Below, one piece after another: positions 46,596 to 55,086 of a DNA stretch of 64,000 nt (positions are counted from its first letter, which is position 1; each line of letters begins with the position of its first letter). The notes under the pieces are model-generated. The model did no database searches. It saw only the letters and a list, made by a program, of their open reading frames with translations, and had not been told where the DNA came from. Source of the stretch: Bacteroidales bacterium (GTDB taxonomy: Bacteria > Bacteroidota > Bacteroidia > Bacteroidales > FEN-979); assembly GCA_963662525.1 (NCBI GenBank), contig OY759717.1, positions 1,237,670-1,301,669 of the forward strand. The letters are read 5' to 3'. The position numbers and the translations under genes are program-made.

Positions 46596-47945
46596 CTAAA
46601 AAATATTTCCGATCCCGATATACAGGCCGCTGGTTCCGTCCTGTTTGTCGAGCGCCAGGCCGTAATCCACAGAAATGATGAAATTATGGTTGATGGCTGC
46701 CCGTAATCCCAGTCCGGTGCTGAGGTGAAGGCAATCGGTTGCGGATTTAAAATAAAAAGACTGCTGATCTTCAGGTACCCGGCTTCGCTGAACCGGATGA
46801 TCCTGCACCACCATTCCTCCATCCAGGAAACCGGTTAGTCCGAGGCTCAGGTTTTGTTTAAGGATAATGGTTTTAAGAAAGGTCCACCTCAGTTCGATAT
46901 TTCCGAAAGCGATACCATCGCCCACGATGCGGTTTCTCAGTATCCCGCGAATGGTCTTTGCTCCGCCTAAGCCATCGGGCTTGGTAGTAAGACTATATGA
47001 ACTATAGATATATGGTAAAATATAGTAAGGCGTGGTTCCTCCCAGGGTTCCCTGGTAACTCAGCTGATAGGCTCCGACAAGGTATTTTTTCACAATGGAA
47101 ATGTATTGCCGGTGTGTGACGGCCAGCTTCACAAAGGCATAGGGATGATTTCCAAGGAATTCCGGAGCTGCAAGTACCATGGCTTCCGACCAGAAGCCCC
47201 TGTTTGGGGCCGCTTCATTGTCGCGGGTATCATAAACCAATCCGAGTTTCAGGTAAACCGTGGTTCCCCCGACCTTTTCGTTGGGACGGATCAGCTGGTA
47301 ATCTACATATTTATCATAAAGCAAAGCGGTATCCGGCAGCTTTTTATCATCCGCCTTCCCTTTGTTGATCCTGCTGATATCCACGGTAGCCGTTTGTATG
47401 CCCAGGATATTGACCCCGCCCAACCAGCGGAGTTTCTGTCCGAGAATTGGGCCCTGGAAATCAAGCATGATGCGGTACATCTTACGTTCATGCTTGTAAA
47501 ATACCCGGGATATGTAGTCACCCGAACCCTGTTCGGCGAGGGTGGCATTATAATTGGCTTCATAGCCGTTAAACCCGTAAAAATCCAGGGCGCGTTCAGG
47601 CAGGTAATCCAGATCGGCGGTGACCCTTATCCCCCCTGGGATCAGGTAACGGGAATCGTAGAATAACTGGTAAACCGCGCTTCCCCTCATGAACCATGAA
47701 CATTCGGCATAAATGGTATGCAGGTATTCGGGATATTTCGATCCGTCACCATAATAAAACACCTGTCCTAGGGCACCAAGCTGCAGTCCCTGGTCATTAT
47801 CATAGGCTATCACTGGTAAAGCCGCCCAGGTCCAGCCGGTCTTTTTTTTCTCCCTGACGGGAAGAGAAGCTGAATCGGCCTGAGCAAACAGGCCCGTTGG
47901 GAACAATAAGATCAAACTTGCCAGTATGAAAATTGATTTACGCAT
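46596..47945 (-). CDS. Omp85/BamA-TamA-like outer-membrane beta-barrel protein
   Basis: The ATG at 47945 gives the signal peptide MRKSIFILASLILLFPTGLFAQ. The sequence has beta-barrel character and a terminal ..IGIGNIF. Confidence 0.55.
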   Translation of the reverse strand: MRKSIFILASLILLFPTGLFAQADSASLPVREKKKTGWTWAALPVIAYDNDQGLQLGALGQVFYYGDGSKYPEYLHTIYAECSWFMRGSAVYQLFYDSRYLIPGGIRVTADLDYLPERALDFYGFNGYEANYNATLAEQGSGDYISRVFYKHERKMYRIMLDFQGPILGQKLRWLGGVNILGIQTATVDISRINKGKADDKKLPDTALLYDKYVDYQLIRPNEKVGGTTVYLKLGLVYDTRDNEAAPNRGFWSEAMVLAAPEFLGNHPYAFVKLAVTHRQYISIVKKYLVGAYQLSYQGTLGGTTPYYILPYIYSSYSLTTKPDGLGGAKTIRGILRNRIVGDGIAFGNIELRWTFLKTIILKQNLSLGLTGFLDGGMVVQDHPVQRSRVPEDQQSFYFKSATDCLHLSTGLGLRAAINHNFIISVDYGLALDKQDGTSGLYIGIGNIF

Positions 47946-47972
47946 GCCTAAAATCAAGAAAAAGTTTATCCA

Positions 47973-48119
47973 TCAAGGTATATTACAGTTGATTTTATCC
48001 CGGATGTAAGGATAAAGCTCCTTCACACCGTCATAATTACCCTTGCATATCTCCTTTGTTTGCTCCGAAAGATGCTGTAGAATCATGTCCTGCGACGAAA
48101 ATTGAGGGTTTGGCATCAT
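47973..48119 (-). CDS. Candidate small protein (48 aa, below the ORF-track cutoff)
   Basis: The ORF MMPNPQFSSQDMILQHLSEQTKEICKGNYDGVKELYPYIRDKINCNIP* starts 3 nt after the CPBP gene stop and fills the gap before the barrel gene. Confidence 0.3.
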   Translation of the reverse strand: MMPNPQFSSQDMILQHLSEQTKEICKGNYDGVKELYPYIRDKINCNIP

Positions 48120-48122
48120 GGT

Positions 48123-49079
48123 TTACAAATAAAATTTTCGGTTCCGAAAACCGTATATAAGAAAAAGAAACAGGCCGGTAACCAATGCGCTGGCCAGGAT
48201 GAACCAGCCGTTTTCCGTAGCACCGAATTGTTCATAGTCCCCTTTAAATACTCCCGTCTTTCCAAGGAAAGACATGACAACTGCAGCTCCGTTATTGATG
48301 AAGTGAGCAAAAACAGGGACCCAGACCGAGCCTGTCCAGAAGAACAGGTATCCGAATAAAACGCCCAACATCATGCGGGGCAGAAAGCCATAAAACTGCA
48401 TATGCATGGCGGCAAAGAAAAATGCAGAAATGAAGATCGCCACATGAATATTTTTCAACCAGTCTTTCAGCAGGCGCTGTAACAGTCCGCGAAACATCAG
48501 TTCCTCCCCGACAGCTGGCAGAACGGCGATCATCAGCAGGTTGAAAAGGAGACCGCCCACGGATTTCACATCCAGGAAAACTTCCGTAAGCTTTGTCGCT
48601 TCTGCTTCTGATGCCTTCATCCAATCCTCAACACCTTTAAAATATACCGGTAATTTCATCATTTCATTCACAGAAACCAGCCAGTTTATGAAAGGAAGCG
48701 AAGTGAACATCAGGATGAGGGTGATCAGAAAGATGTATCCAGGGGAAGATTTATCCAGTTTCAGAAATGAAAAGCTATTGCTTTCAAAAAAATAAGCGGC
48801 CAGCATGGAAGGAATGAGAAACAAACCAATAGACTGGATAATCTGCATGTATTTCAGTAAAATGACAGTGACCGGACTGGAATAATCAGTGAGTGCAGTA
48901 AGATTGCTAAGCAGATTGACATGAAACAAGGGAATGGCTAAAATAATTCCGATCAGAAAGAAAAATACAAGGCTGCAAAGGGTCAGCAGAAGGGAAAAAA
49001 TGATCCTGGAAAGGGGGGAAAGTTGGCCAAGTATGCCTGTTTTCATGATTTTGCGCGGTTTTCCGTACTTTTGCGACAA
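48123..49079 (-). CDS. CPBP-family intramembrane glutamic endopeptidase (CAAX protease-like)
   Basis: Contains EELMFRG, FAAMH and HFINN within a polytopic membrane protein. Confidence 0.85.
   Translation of the reverse strand: MSQKYGKPRKIMKTGILGQLSPLSRIIFSLLLTLCSLVFFFLIGIILAIPLFHVNLLSNLTALTDYSSPVTVILLKYMQIIQSIGLFLIPSMLAAYFFESNSFSFLKLDKSSPGYIFLITLILMFTSLPFINWLVSVNEMMKLPVYFKGVEDWMKASEAEATKLTEVFLDVKSVGGLLFNLLMIAVLPAVGEELMFRGLLQRLLKDWLKNIHVAIFISAFFFAAMHMQFYGFLPRMMLGVLFGYLFFWTGSVWVPVFAHFINNGAAVVMSFLGKTGVFKGDYEQFGATENGWFILASALVTGLFLFLIYGFRNRKFYL
49066..49073 (+). promoter_or_regulatory. -7 promoter box TACTTTTG
   Basis: Matches TAnnTTTG, 18 nt before the dusB TTG start. Confidence 0.4.
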
Positions 49080-49091
49080 ATTTAATCATTT

Positions 49092-50087
49092 TTGGTCAGG
49101 ATAGGACATATCGAACTGGTTGACTTCCCTTTGTTTCTGGCACCGATGGAAGACATAACGGATTCTCCTTTTCGGTCAATCTGTAAACAATATGGAGCAG
49201 ATGTATTGATCACGGAATTCATCTCCGCTGAAGGCTTGATCCGTGATGCCTGGAAAAGCAAAATGAAGATGCAGTTCGAAGAAATGGAACGACCCATTGG
49301 TATCCAGATTTTCGGAGCCCAGGTTGAATCCATGCAGCGTGCAGCAGAGGTAGCAGAAGCAGCTGGTCCTGATTTCATCGATCTTAATTTTGGTTGCCCG
49401 GTACGTAAGATCGTGATGAAAGGCGGGGGATCTGCCCTGCTTCAGGATATCCCGAAAATGATCAGGATGACGGAAGCGGTGGTCCGCTCAACCCGTTTGC
49501 CGGTGACCGTAAAAACCCGTCTGGGCTGGGATGAAAACCATAAGGATATCGTGAATATTGCTGAGCGTTTGCAGGATGCAGGGATTTCGGGCATCAGCAT
49601 CCATGGGCGAACGCGGGCTCAGCTTTATGGCGGACAGGCCGACTGGACCCTCATCGGAGAAGTGAAAAACAATCCCCGGATGAAGATACCGGTATTCGGC
49701 AACGGGGATGTGGATTCTCCTGAAAAAGCAAAGCAAATGAAAGACAGGTATGGTGTGGATGGAATTCTGATTGGTCGCGCTGCGAGCGGAAATCCATGGA
49801 TCTTCAGGGAGATTAAAGCCTGGTTCGAACAAGGTGAAATACCTGAACCACCAAAATTGGCCGAACGTATCATGGTACTTCGGCAGCATATTCAAAAATC
49901 TATTGATTATAAAGGGGAACGTTACACGCATTTCGAGATAAAAAAAATGTATCCCGGGTATTTCAGGGCTGTTGCCGGATTCAAACCTTTCCGCATTCGG
50001 CTGGTTACGGCTTCAAGTCTGGAAGTGGTAAATAATATCCTGGATGAGATCAGTATTTCCGCTGAACAAGCTCCGACAACTTCTTAA
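49092..50087 (+). CDS. dusB: tRNA-dihydrouridine synthase
   Basis: Contains LAPMEDITDSPFR, ..DLNFGCP.. and ..HGRTR... It uses a TTG start. Confidence 0.85.
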   Translation: MVRIGHIELVDFPLFLAPMEDITDSPFRSICKQYGADVLITEFISAEGLIRDAWKSKMKMQFEEMERPIGIQIFGAQVESMQRAAEVAEAAGPDFIDLNFGCPVRKIVMKGGGSALLQDIPKMIRMTEAVVRSTRLPVTVKTRLGWDENHKDIVNIAERLQDAGISGISIHGRTRAQLYGGQADWTLIGEVKNNPRMKIPVFGNGDVDSPEKAKQMKDRYGVDGILIGRAASGNPWIFREIKAWFEQGEIPEPPKLAERIMVLRQHIQKSIDYKGERYTHFEIKKMYPGYFRAVAGFKPFRIRLVTASSLEVVNNILDEISISAEQAPTTS

Positions 50088-50727
50088 ATGCCTGTGATCC
50101 TGTATCCCAGAAATTTTTTTTCTTCAATAAATCCAGGTATTCTGACGCCTGGTTTAGGGTGGTGAATCCATTCAACATATCAATGGCTTCATTGTATTCC
50201 CTCAGATTCCCATCGAAAAGCTCGTTGATGAACATAAACTTTTCATTGATACTGATGGCCAGTTTCAGATTATCCACATGGCTGGACGGGTTTTTTGGAC
50301 CCAGCGTTTTTTCTCGTGCTTCCTTGAGTTTGATGCTGAAGGTAGGTTCTTCTCCTTCAAAGAGGTCGGGGACCTCTGGGGGGGGGGATTTCCTGGGAGG
50401 TGTCTTGACTACATGAACTGTTACCGGAGGTTCCGGTGATTTTTTCTGGATTACTTCAGTTTTCGGTGGAGAAGTCTGTAGGGTGGGGATGGGTGGATGA
50501 ACAGGGTTAATTGAAATAGTTGCTGCAGTAGAATGAAAATGGTCTTCAATCTTCTGTAATCTGTGTATGTTTTCATAGAGTTTGCGCAGATTTTCAAGGA
50601 TGATGTCGAATTCAATCTGTGGAATTTTTTCCTGCTGGTTTTTTATGCTATCATATTGCTCATTGATCGCTTCCAGCAATAACCTGATTTCCTCTTTAAT
50701 GATTTCTTTATTCATAATTTTCGGCAT
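50050..50727 (-). CDS. Hypothetical protein with Pro-rich central region
   Basis: ATG-started ORF with coiled-coil-like ends and a central ..[25 protein letters not shown].. region. Confidence 0.55.
   Translation of the reverse strand: MPKIMNKEIIKEEIRLLLEAINEQYDSIKNQQEKIPQIEFDIILENLRKLYENIHRLQKIEDHFHSTAATISINPVHPPIPTLQTSPPKTEVIQKKSPEPPVTVHVVKTPPRKSPPPEVPDLFEGEEPTFSIKLKEAREKTLGPKNPSSHVDNLKLAISINEKFMFINELFDGNLREYNEAIDMLNGFTTLNQASEYLDLLKKKNFWDTGSQAFKKLSELVQRKY
50378..50387. repeat. G10 (C10 on the coding strand) homopolymer inside a CDS
   Basis: Counted directly from the sequence. It encodes the PPP of ..RKSPPPEV... Confidence 0.95.
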
Positions 50728-50748
50728 TTCAACAAGTCGGATTTTTTA

Positions 50749-50756
50749 TATCTTTG
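50749..50756 (+). promoter_or_regulatory. -7 promoter box TATCTTTG
   Basis: Matches TAnnTTTG, 29 nt before the in-frame TTG at 50786. Confidence 0.45.
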
Positions 50757-50785
50757 TCCGTAATCAAGGCATAAAGGTAATAAAA

Positions 50786-51358
50786 TTGCTGATTGAAAAA
50801 AACAATCCCATTAACCGGCTCGGTTGGATTGAAGTAATCTGCGGGTCGATGTTTTCCGGAAAAACTGAAGAGTTGATCCGTAGGTTGAAGCGTGCCAGGA
50901 TCGCCAGGCAGAAAGTAGAGATTTTCAAACCCCATATTGATACCCGTTACGACCTTGTGAATGTGGTTTCCCATGACGAGAATTCCATTTCATCTACGCC
51001 TGTTGAATCCTCTTCACAGATTCTGCTTTTAACCAATGATGTAAATGTGGTTGGAATTGATGAGGCCCAGTTCTTTGACATGGAAATCGTTTCGGTATGC
51101 GATATTCTGGCCAGCCAGGGGATAAGGGTGATTGTGGCAGGTCTTGACATGGACTATCTGGGGAAACCGTTTGGCCCTATGCCGGCGCTTCTGGCCATTG
51201 CCGAAGATGTGACCAAAGTCCATGCAATTTGTATGGAATGTGGCGACATTGCACATTATTCCCATCGTATCGTTCCCGATAGCCACCTGGTCATGCTGGG
51301 AGAAAAAGATTCCTATGAGCCCCTCTGCCGCAGGTGCTATCTCGAAAAAAACAAGTGA
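50786..51358 (+). CDS. tdk: Thymidine kinase
   Basis: Contains [16 protein letters not shown], ..VGIDEAQFF.. and the Zn motifs C..C/CRRC. The start is set to the TTG at 50786, because the ORF-track extension overlaps the divergent gene and no in-frame ATG precedes the P-loop. Confidence 0.85.
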   Translation: MLIEKNNPINRLGWIEVICGSMFSGKTEELIRRLKRARIARQKVEIFKPHIDTRYDLVNVVSHDENSISSTPVESSSQILLLTNDVNVVGIDEAQFFDMEIVSVCDILASQGIRVIVAGLDMDYLGKPFGPMPALLAIAEDVTKVHAICMECGDIAHYSHRIVPDSHLVMLGEKDSYEPLCRRCYLEKNK

Positions 51359-51359
51359 T

Positions 51360-51407
51360 GTGCTGATGTGATAATGTGCTGATTGGGTAATGGAGTAATG
51401 GGATTTT
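51360..51407 (+). repeat. 6-unit octamer array GTGCTGAT GTGATAAT GTGCTGAT TGGGTAAT GGAGTAAT GGGATTTT
   Basis: It starts 2 nt after the tdk stop. Confidence 0.8.
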
Positions 51408-51411
51408 TTTT

Positions 51412-51419
51412 TAATTTTG
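51412..51419 (+). promoter_or_regulatory. -7 promoter box TAATTTTG
   Basis: Matches TAnnTTTG, 21 nt before the ATG at 51441. Confidence 0.45.
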
Positions 51420-51440
51420 TCCTTTATTAAAAAAAATCCT

Positions 51441-52025
51441 ATGAAAAGAATGTCCATACTGCTATTTGCATGCGTAATAGCATTTAATCTCTCATTAATG
51501 TCTCAAACTAAAAAACAGGAAAAAGTGATAACATTTATAATTCATACCGATTTGGGTGACATGAAAGGCAAGCTATATAATGAAACTCCGCAACATCGGG
51601 ATAATTTTGTCAAACTGGCGCAATCCGGTTATTATGACGGACTGCTTTTTCACCGGGTAATTTTTGGCTTTATGATCCAGGGAGGCGACCCCGTGTCAAA
51701 AACTGCAAAGCCTGGCCAACAGCTTGGTTCCGGAGGACCTAATTACACCATTCCGGCCGAATTCAATCCCTCCCTTACCCATAAACGCGGTGCCTTGGCT
51801 GCAGCCCGTACCGGAGATCAGACTAATCCTCAAAAAGCTTCTTCAGGTTCGCAATTTTATATCGTTCAACCTGAAAAAGGGGCTCATTTCCTTGACGGAC
51901 AATATACCGTTTACGGGGAAATCACCGAAGGATTTGATGTGATCGATAAAATTGCCTCGGTACCAAAAGACAGATCTGACAGACCGACCACCGATATCAA
52001 GATGACGGTGAAGATTGTGGAGTGA
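51441..52025 (+). CDS. Cyclophilin-type peptidyl-prolyl cis-trans isomerase, secreted
   Basis: Signal peptide, plus ..FHRVI.GFMIQGGDP.. and ..SQFYIV... Confidence 0.9.
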   Translation: MKRMSILLFACVIAFNLSLMSQTKKQEKVITFIIHTDLGDMKGKLYNETPQHRDNFVKLAQSGYYDGLLFHRVIFGFMIQGGDPVSKTAKPGQQLGSGGPNYTIPAEFNPSLTHKRGALAAARTGDQTNPQKASSGSQFYIVQPEKGAHFLDGQYTVYGEITEGFDVIDKIASVPKDRSDRPTTDIKMTVKIVE

Positions 52026-52046
52026 GTGACAAGGTAAAAGGTTGAT
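52022..52046 (+). repeat. Three 8-nt units, each ending in a stop codon (GTGAGTGA CAAGGTAA AAGGTTGA)
   Basis: It spans the whole PPIase-pheS spacer and places stops in all three frames (52023, 52027, 52035, 52043). Confidence 0.6.
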
Positions 52047-53069
52047 ATGGAGTCAAGAATCAGAGCATTGCTGGAGGAGATTGAAAAAATTAAAGCCGGT
52101 TCTTTGGATGAAGTCGAACAACTTCGGCTTAAATATCTCAGCAAAAAAGGCCAGGTTTCATTGTTGTTTGAAGATTTCAGGCATGTTCCGGCAGAGAAAA
52201 AAAGAGAAGTCGGTCTGCTGCTGAATGAACTGAAAAATAAGACTGCACAAAAAATTGATACATTAAAATCATCTTTCGATATTCAGGAAGAATCTCTGTC
52301 GCCTGGTCAGGATCTTACCCGGCCTGTTGATTATATGGAACCGGGATCAAGACATCCTTTATCTATCATCAGGAATGAAATTATTTCAATTTTCTCCCGT
52401 ATCGGTTTTACAGTAGCTGATGGACCTGAAATTGAAGATGACTGGCATAATTTCTCCGCACTCAACTTCCCGCCTGAACACCCCGCCCGGGATATGCAGG
52501 ATACTTTTTTTATTGCAAAGGATCCTGATATCGCTTTACGTACACATACCTCATCGGTGCAAATCCGAACCATGGAATCGAATCAGCCTCCAATCCGGAT
52601 GATATTTCCGGGAAGGGTTTTCCGCAATGAGGCTATTTCCGCACGTGCCCATTGTATTTTTCACCAGGTCGAAGGTTTGTACGTGGATAAAAATGTTTCC
52701 TTTGCCGACCTAAAGCAAACGCTTCTTTATTTTGCCAAAGAGATGTTTGGGGAGGGAACAAAGATCCGTTTGCGCCCTTCCTATTTTCCTTTTACCGAAC
52801 CTTCCGGTGAAATGGATGTAAGTTGTATGATTTGCGGTGGGAAAGGATGTAATATCTGCAAACACACCGGTTGGGTTGAGATCCTCGGTTGCGGTATGGT
52901 TGACCCCGCGGTTCTTGACAATTGCGGAATCGATAGTAAAAAATATACCGGATATGCCTTCGGGATGGGTATCGAACGCATTACGATGCTGAAATATCAG
53001 ATCCGGGATCTTCGTCTCTTTTTCGAAAACGATGTCAGGTTCCTGAAACAGTTTACCGGAGCAATTTAA
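52047..53069 (+). CDS. pheS: Phenylalanine--tRNA ligase alpha subunit
   Basis: Class II aaRS motifs (..HPARDMQDTF.., ..FRNE.., ..GFAFGMGIERI..). Confidence 0.95.
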   Translation: MESRIRALLEEIEKIKAGSLDEVEQLRLKYLSKKGQVSLLFEDFRHVPAEKKREVGLLLNELKNKTAQKIDTLKSSFDIQEESLSPGQDLTRPVDYMEPGSRHPLSIIRNEIISIFSRIGFTVADGPEIEDDWHNFSALNFPPEHPARDMQDTFFIAKDPDIALRTHTSSVQIRTMESNQPPIRMIFPGRVFRNEAISARAHCIFHQVEGLYVDKNVSFADLKQTLLYFAKEMFGEGTKIRLRPSYFPFTEPSGEMDVSCMICGGKGCNICKHTGWVEILGCGMVDPAVLDNCGIDSKKYTGYAFGMGIERITMLKYQIRDLRLFFENDVRFLKQFTGAI

Positions 53070-54715
53070 AATTTGTTCCGTCTGAGCAGCTTTACCACCA
53101 GCCAGAATCCGAATATTCCCGCCATACAGAAAACGACCGTGCCAACCCAACGGGTATGTTCCCATTGAGAAATAATAGATGCACCGATAATCAGTGCTGC
53201 CAAGACAATGGCGATGGATACCCGGTTACTTGAGCTATCGATATGCTCCATCAGGGGCTCAAATCCCTTGACTTCAATTTGTGTTTTGAACTTCCCTTCT
53301 TTGATTTTATAGATGATCTCATTAATATCGGAAGGAAATTCCCTGACTAGTTTATAGTATTCCTTCAGGGATTCAAATACCTCCAGGACAATTCTCCTGG
53401 GATCAAATTGTTTTGCCATCAGGGCCAAGGCAAAAGGTTGCATTTCATGAGCAAAATCAATCTTCGGATTCAGTTCCACCGCTACCCTTTCTATCGACAT
53501 GAGGGCTTTGACCAGTAAATAAATGCTGGAAGGTATCCTTAATCCGTAATGCACCAGTATATCCACCGATTCATTCATCACTTTTCCAAAATCCATTTCA
53601 TCAATGGATAAATATTTATAGTGGGCCAGGAGTTCTCCTATCTGAAATTCCAGTTCCTTCCGCCTGGCAAAATGGTGCTTCCCTGAAACCAGCAACAATG
53701 CTTCAGTCATAGTATGGGCATCGCGTTCCAGGTAACCAAGCACATATTTTCCCAGAAAATCAAGATGCTCTGGTCTAAGAGAACCCATCATTCCAAAATC
53801 AATGAAGGAAAGAACATTTTCTTCCATCACAAAAATATTGCCAGGATGAGGGTCTGCATGGAAAAAGCCATGGGTAAAAATCTGATCGAAGACCAGCCTC
53901 ACTGCTTTTTTTGCTAAAGCATTAAGATCATTCCCTGATTTTAAAAGGTTTTCCAGATCACTAACCTTGACTCCTGAAACATATCCTTCAACCAACATAC
54001 GCTGGGAGGTATATTGATTATATACCTTCGGAACATAAATGTCAGGATCTCCTTCGAAGTTGTGAAAAAAACGAAGCAGGTTAGCGGCCTCATTCTTAAA
54101 ATTCAATTCCTTTTTAATGGTAATGCCGAACTCCCTGACAACACCAGAAATATTAATGGCTTCCATTTCCGGGTTGCTCTTCTGCATCCGGGAAGCAAAG
54201 TAATTCATCAAATGCAGGTCGAGTTCTATTTTTTTATCTATGCCAGGTCTTTGAATTTTTATGCATACTTCCTCCCCATTAAGCAACACCCCTTTGTATG
54301 TCTGGGCCATGGATGCCGAAGCAAGTTTTTTCCGGTCAAACTCCCTGAAAACTTCATAGATGGGTCTTCCAAGTTCAATTTCAATTTCCTTAATGGCCAT
54401 TTCATCCGGGATCGGTTGTGCCTCATCCTGCAGCTTTTTTAACTCCTCTCTTAATTCTTCCGGAACAATATCGGGGCGGTCGGCCAGGATCTGACCAAAT
54501 TTCACAAAGCTTGGACCCAACTCTTCCAGGGCCATGCGAATCCGCTCCCATTGATTATATCGATCGATCCGGGCAAGGCGCTTTTTGGAAACCAGATATT
54601 TTCCCATACCTCCCTTACTGACCCAGTCACTCAGGCCATATTTGACAATGATCCCAAGGATCTCCCGGGCCCGGCCGATTTCATGAACGGCCAGGCCGAT
54701 CTTAGACATTTTCAT
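53066..54715 (-). CDS. ABC1/UbiB-family atypical kinase with C-terminal TM segments
   Basis: ABC1 blocks (..ASMAQTYKG.., ..HADPHPGNIF.., ..IDFGMMG..). Confidence 0.85.
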   Translation of the reverse strand: MKMSKIGLAVHEIGRAREILGIIVKYGLSDWVSKGGMGKYLVSKKRLARIDRYNQWERIRMALEELGPSFVKFGQILADRPDIVPEELREELKKLQDEAQPIPDEMAIKEIEIELGRPIYEVFREFDRKKLASASMAQTYKGVLLNGEEVCIKIQRPGIDKKIELDLHLMNYFASRMQKSNPEMEAINISGVVREFGITIKKELNFKNEAANLLRFFHNFEGDPDIYVPKVYNQYTSQRMLVEGYVSGVKVSDLENLLKSGNDLNALAKKAVRLVFDQIFTHGFFHADPHPGNIFVMEENVLSFIDFGMMGSLRPEHLDFLGKYVLGYLERDAHTMTEALLLVSGKHHFARRKELEFQIGELLAHYKYLSIDEMDFGKVMNESVDILVHYGLRIPSSIYLLVKALMSIERVAVELNPKIDFAHEMQPFALALMAKQFDPRRIVLEVFESLKEYYKLVREFPSDINEIIYKIKEGKFKTQIEVKGFEPLMEHIDSSSNRVSIAIVLAALIIGASIISQWEHTRWVGTVVFCMAGIFGFWLVVKLLRRNKF

Positions 54716-55086
54716 GATTTACGCGTCTTCTTTTTTGCTGCAACAGGGATGGATTTTTTCACTGGTGTGGGTTTGGCAGCAGGTTTTACTGCTGTTTTAT
54801 GATATCCCTCGAGCTTTTTAATACGCTCTTCCAGTTTTTTAATTTCCTCTTTCGTTGGAATATCCATCTTTTTCATGGCGCTCTTCACAATATCATGAAG
54901 ATCAGATCCCATACTTTTTTTTGCCTCTTCAGATTTTTTTACCAGGTATTCCAGCAACTTCTTAGCTTCTTCCTTGGTCAGGTTGTTTTCTTTTGCCATT
55001 TCTTTGGCGGCTTTGGTCATTTTTTCGCTTGTCATTACAGCATAATCCAAGCCTTTGTCGATACTTTTTTTCAGGTTTTCTAACAT
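54712..55086 (-). CDS. Phasin-like Lys/Glu-rich coiled-coil protein
   Basis: Composition and a ..PTKEEIKKLEERIKKLE.. segment resemble PHA-granule-associated or phasin family proteins. Confidence 0.45.
   Translation of the reverse strand: MLENLKKSIDKGLDYAVMTSEKMTKAAKEMAKENNLTKEEAKKLLEYLVKKSEEAKKSMGSDLHDIVKSAMKKMDIPTKEEIKKLEERIKKLEGYHKTAVKPAAKPTPVKKSIPVAAKKKTRKS

Noticed and set aside
50582-50785. Upstream extension of the tdk ORF.
   Set aside because: It overlaps the divergent gene 50050-50727, is hydrophobic and low-complexity, and runs through the putative promoter box.
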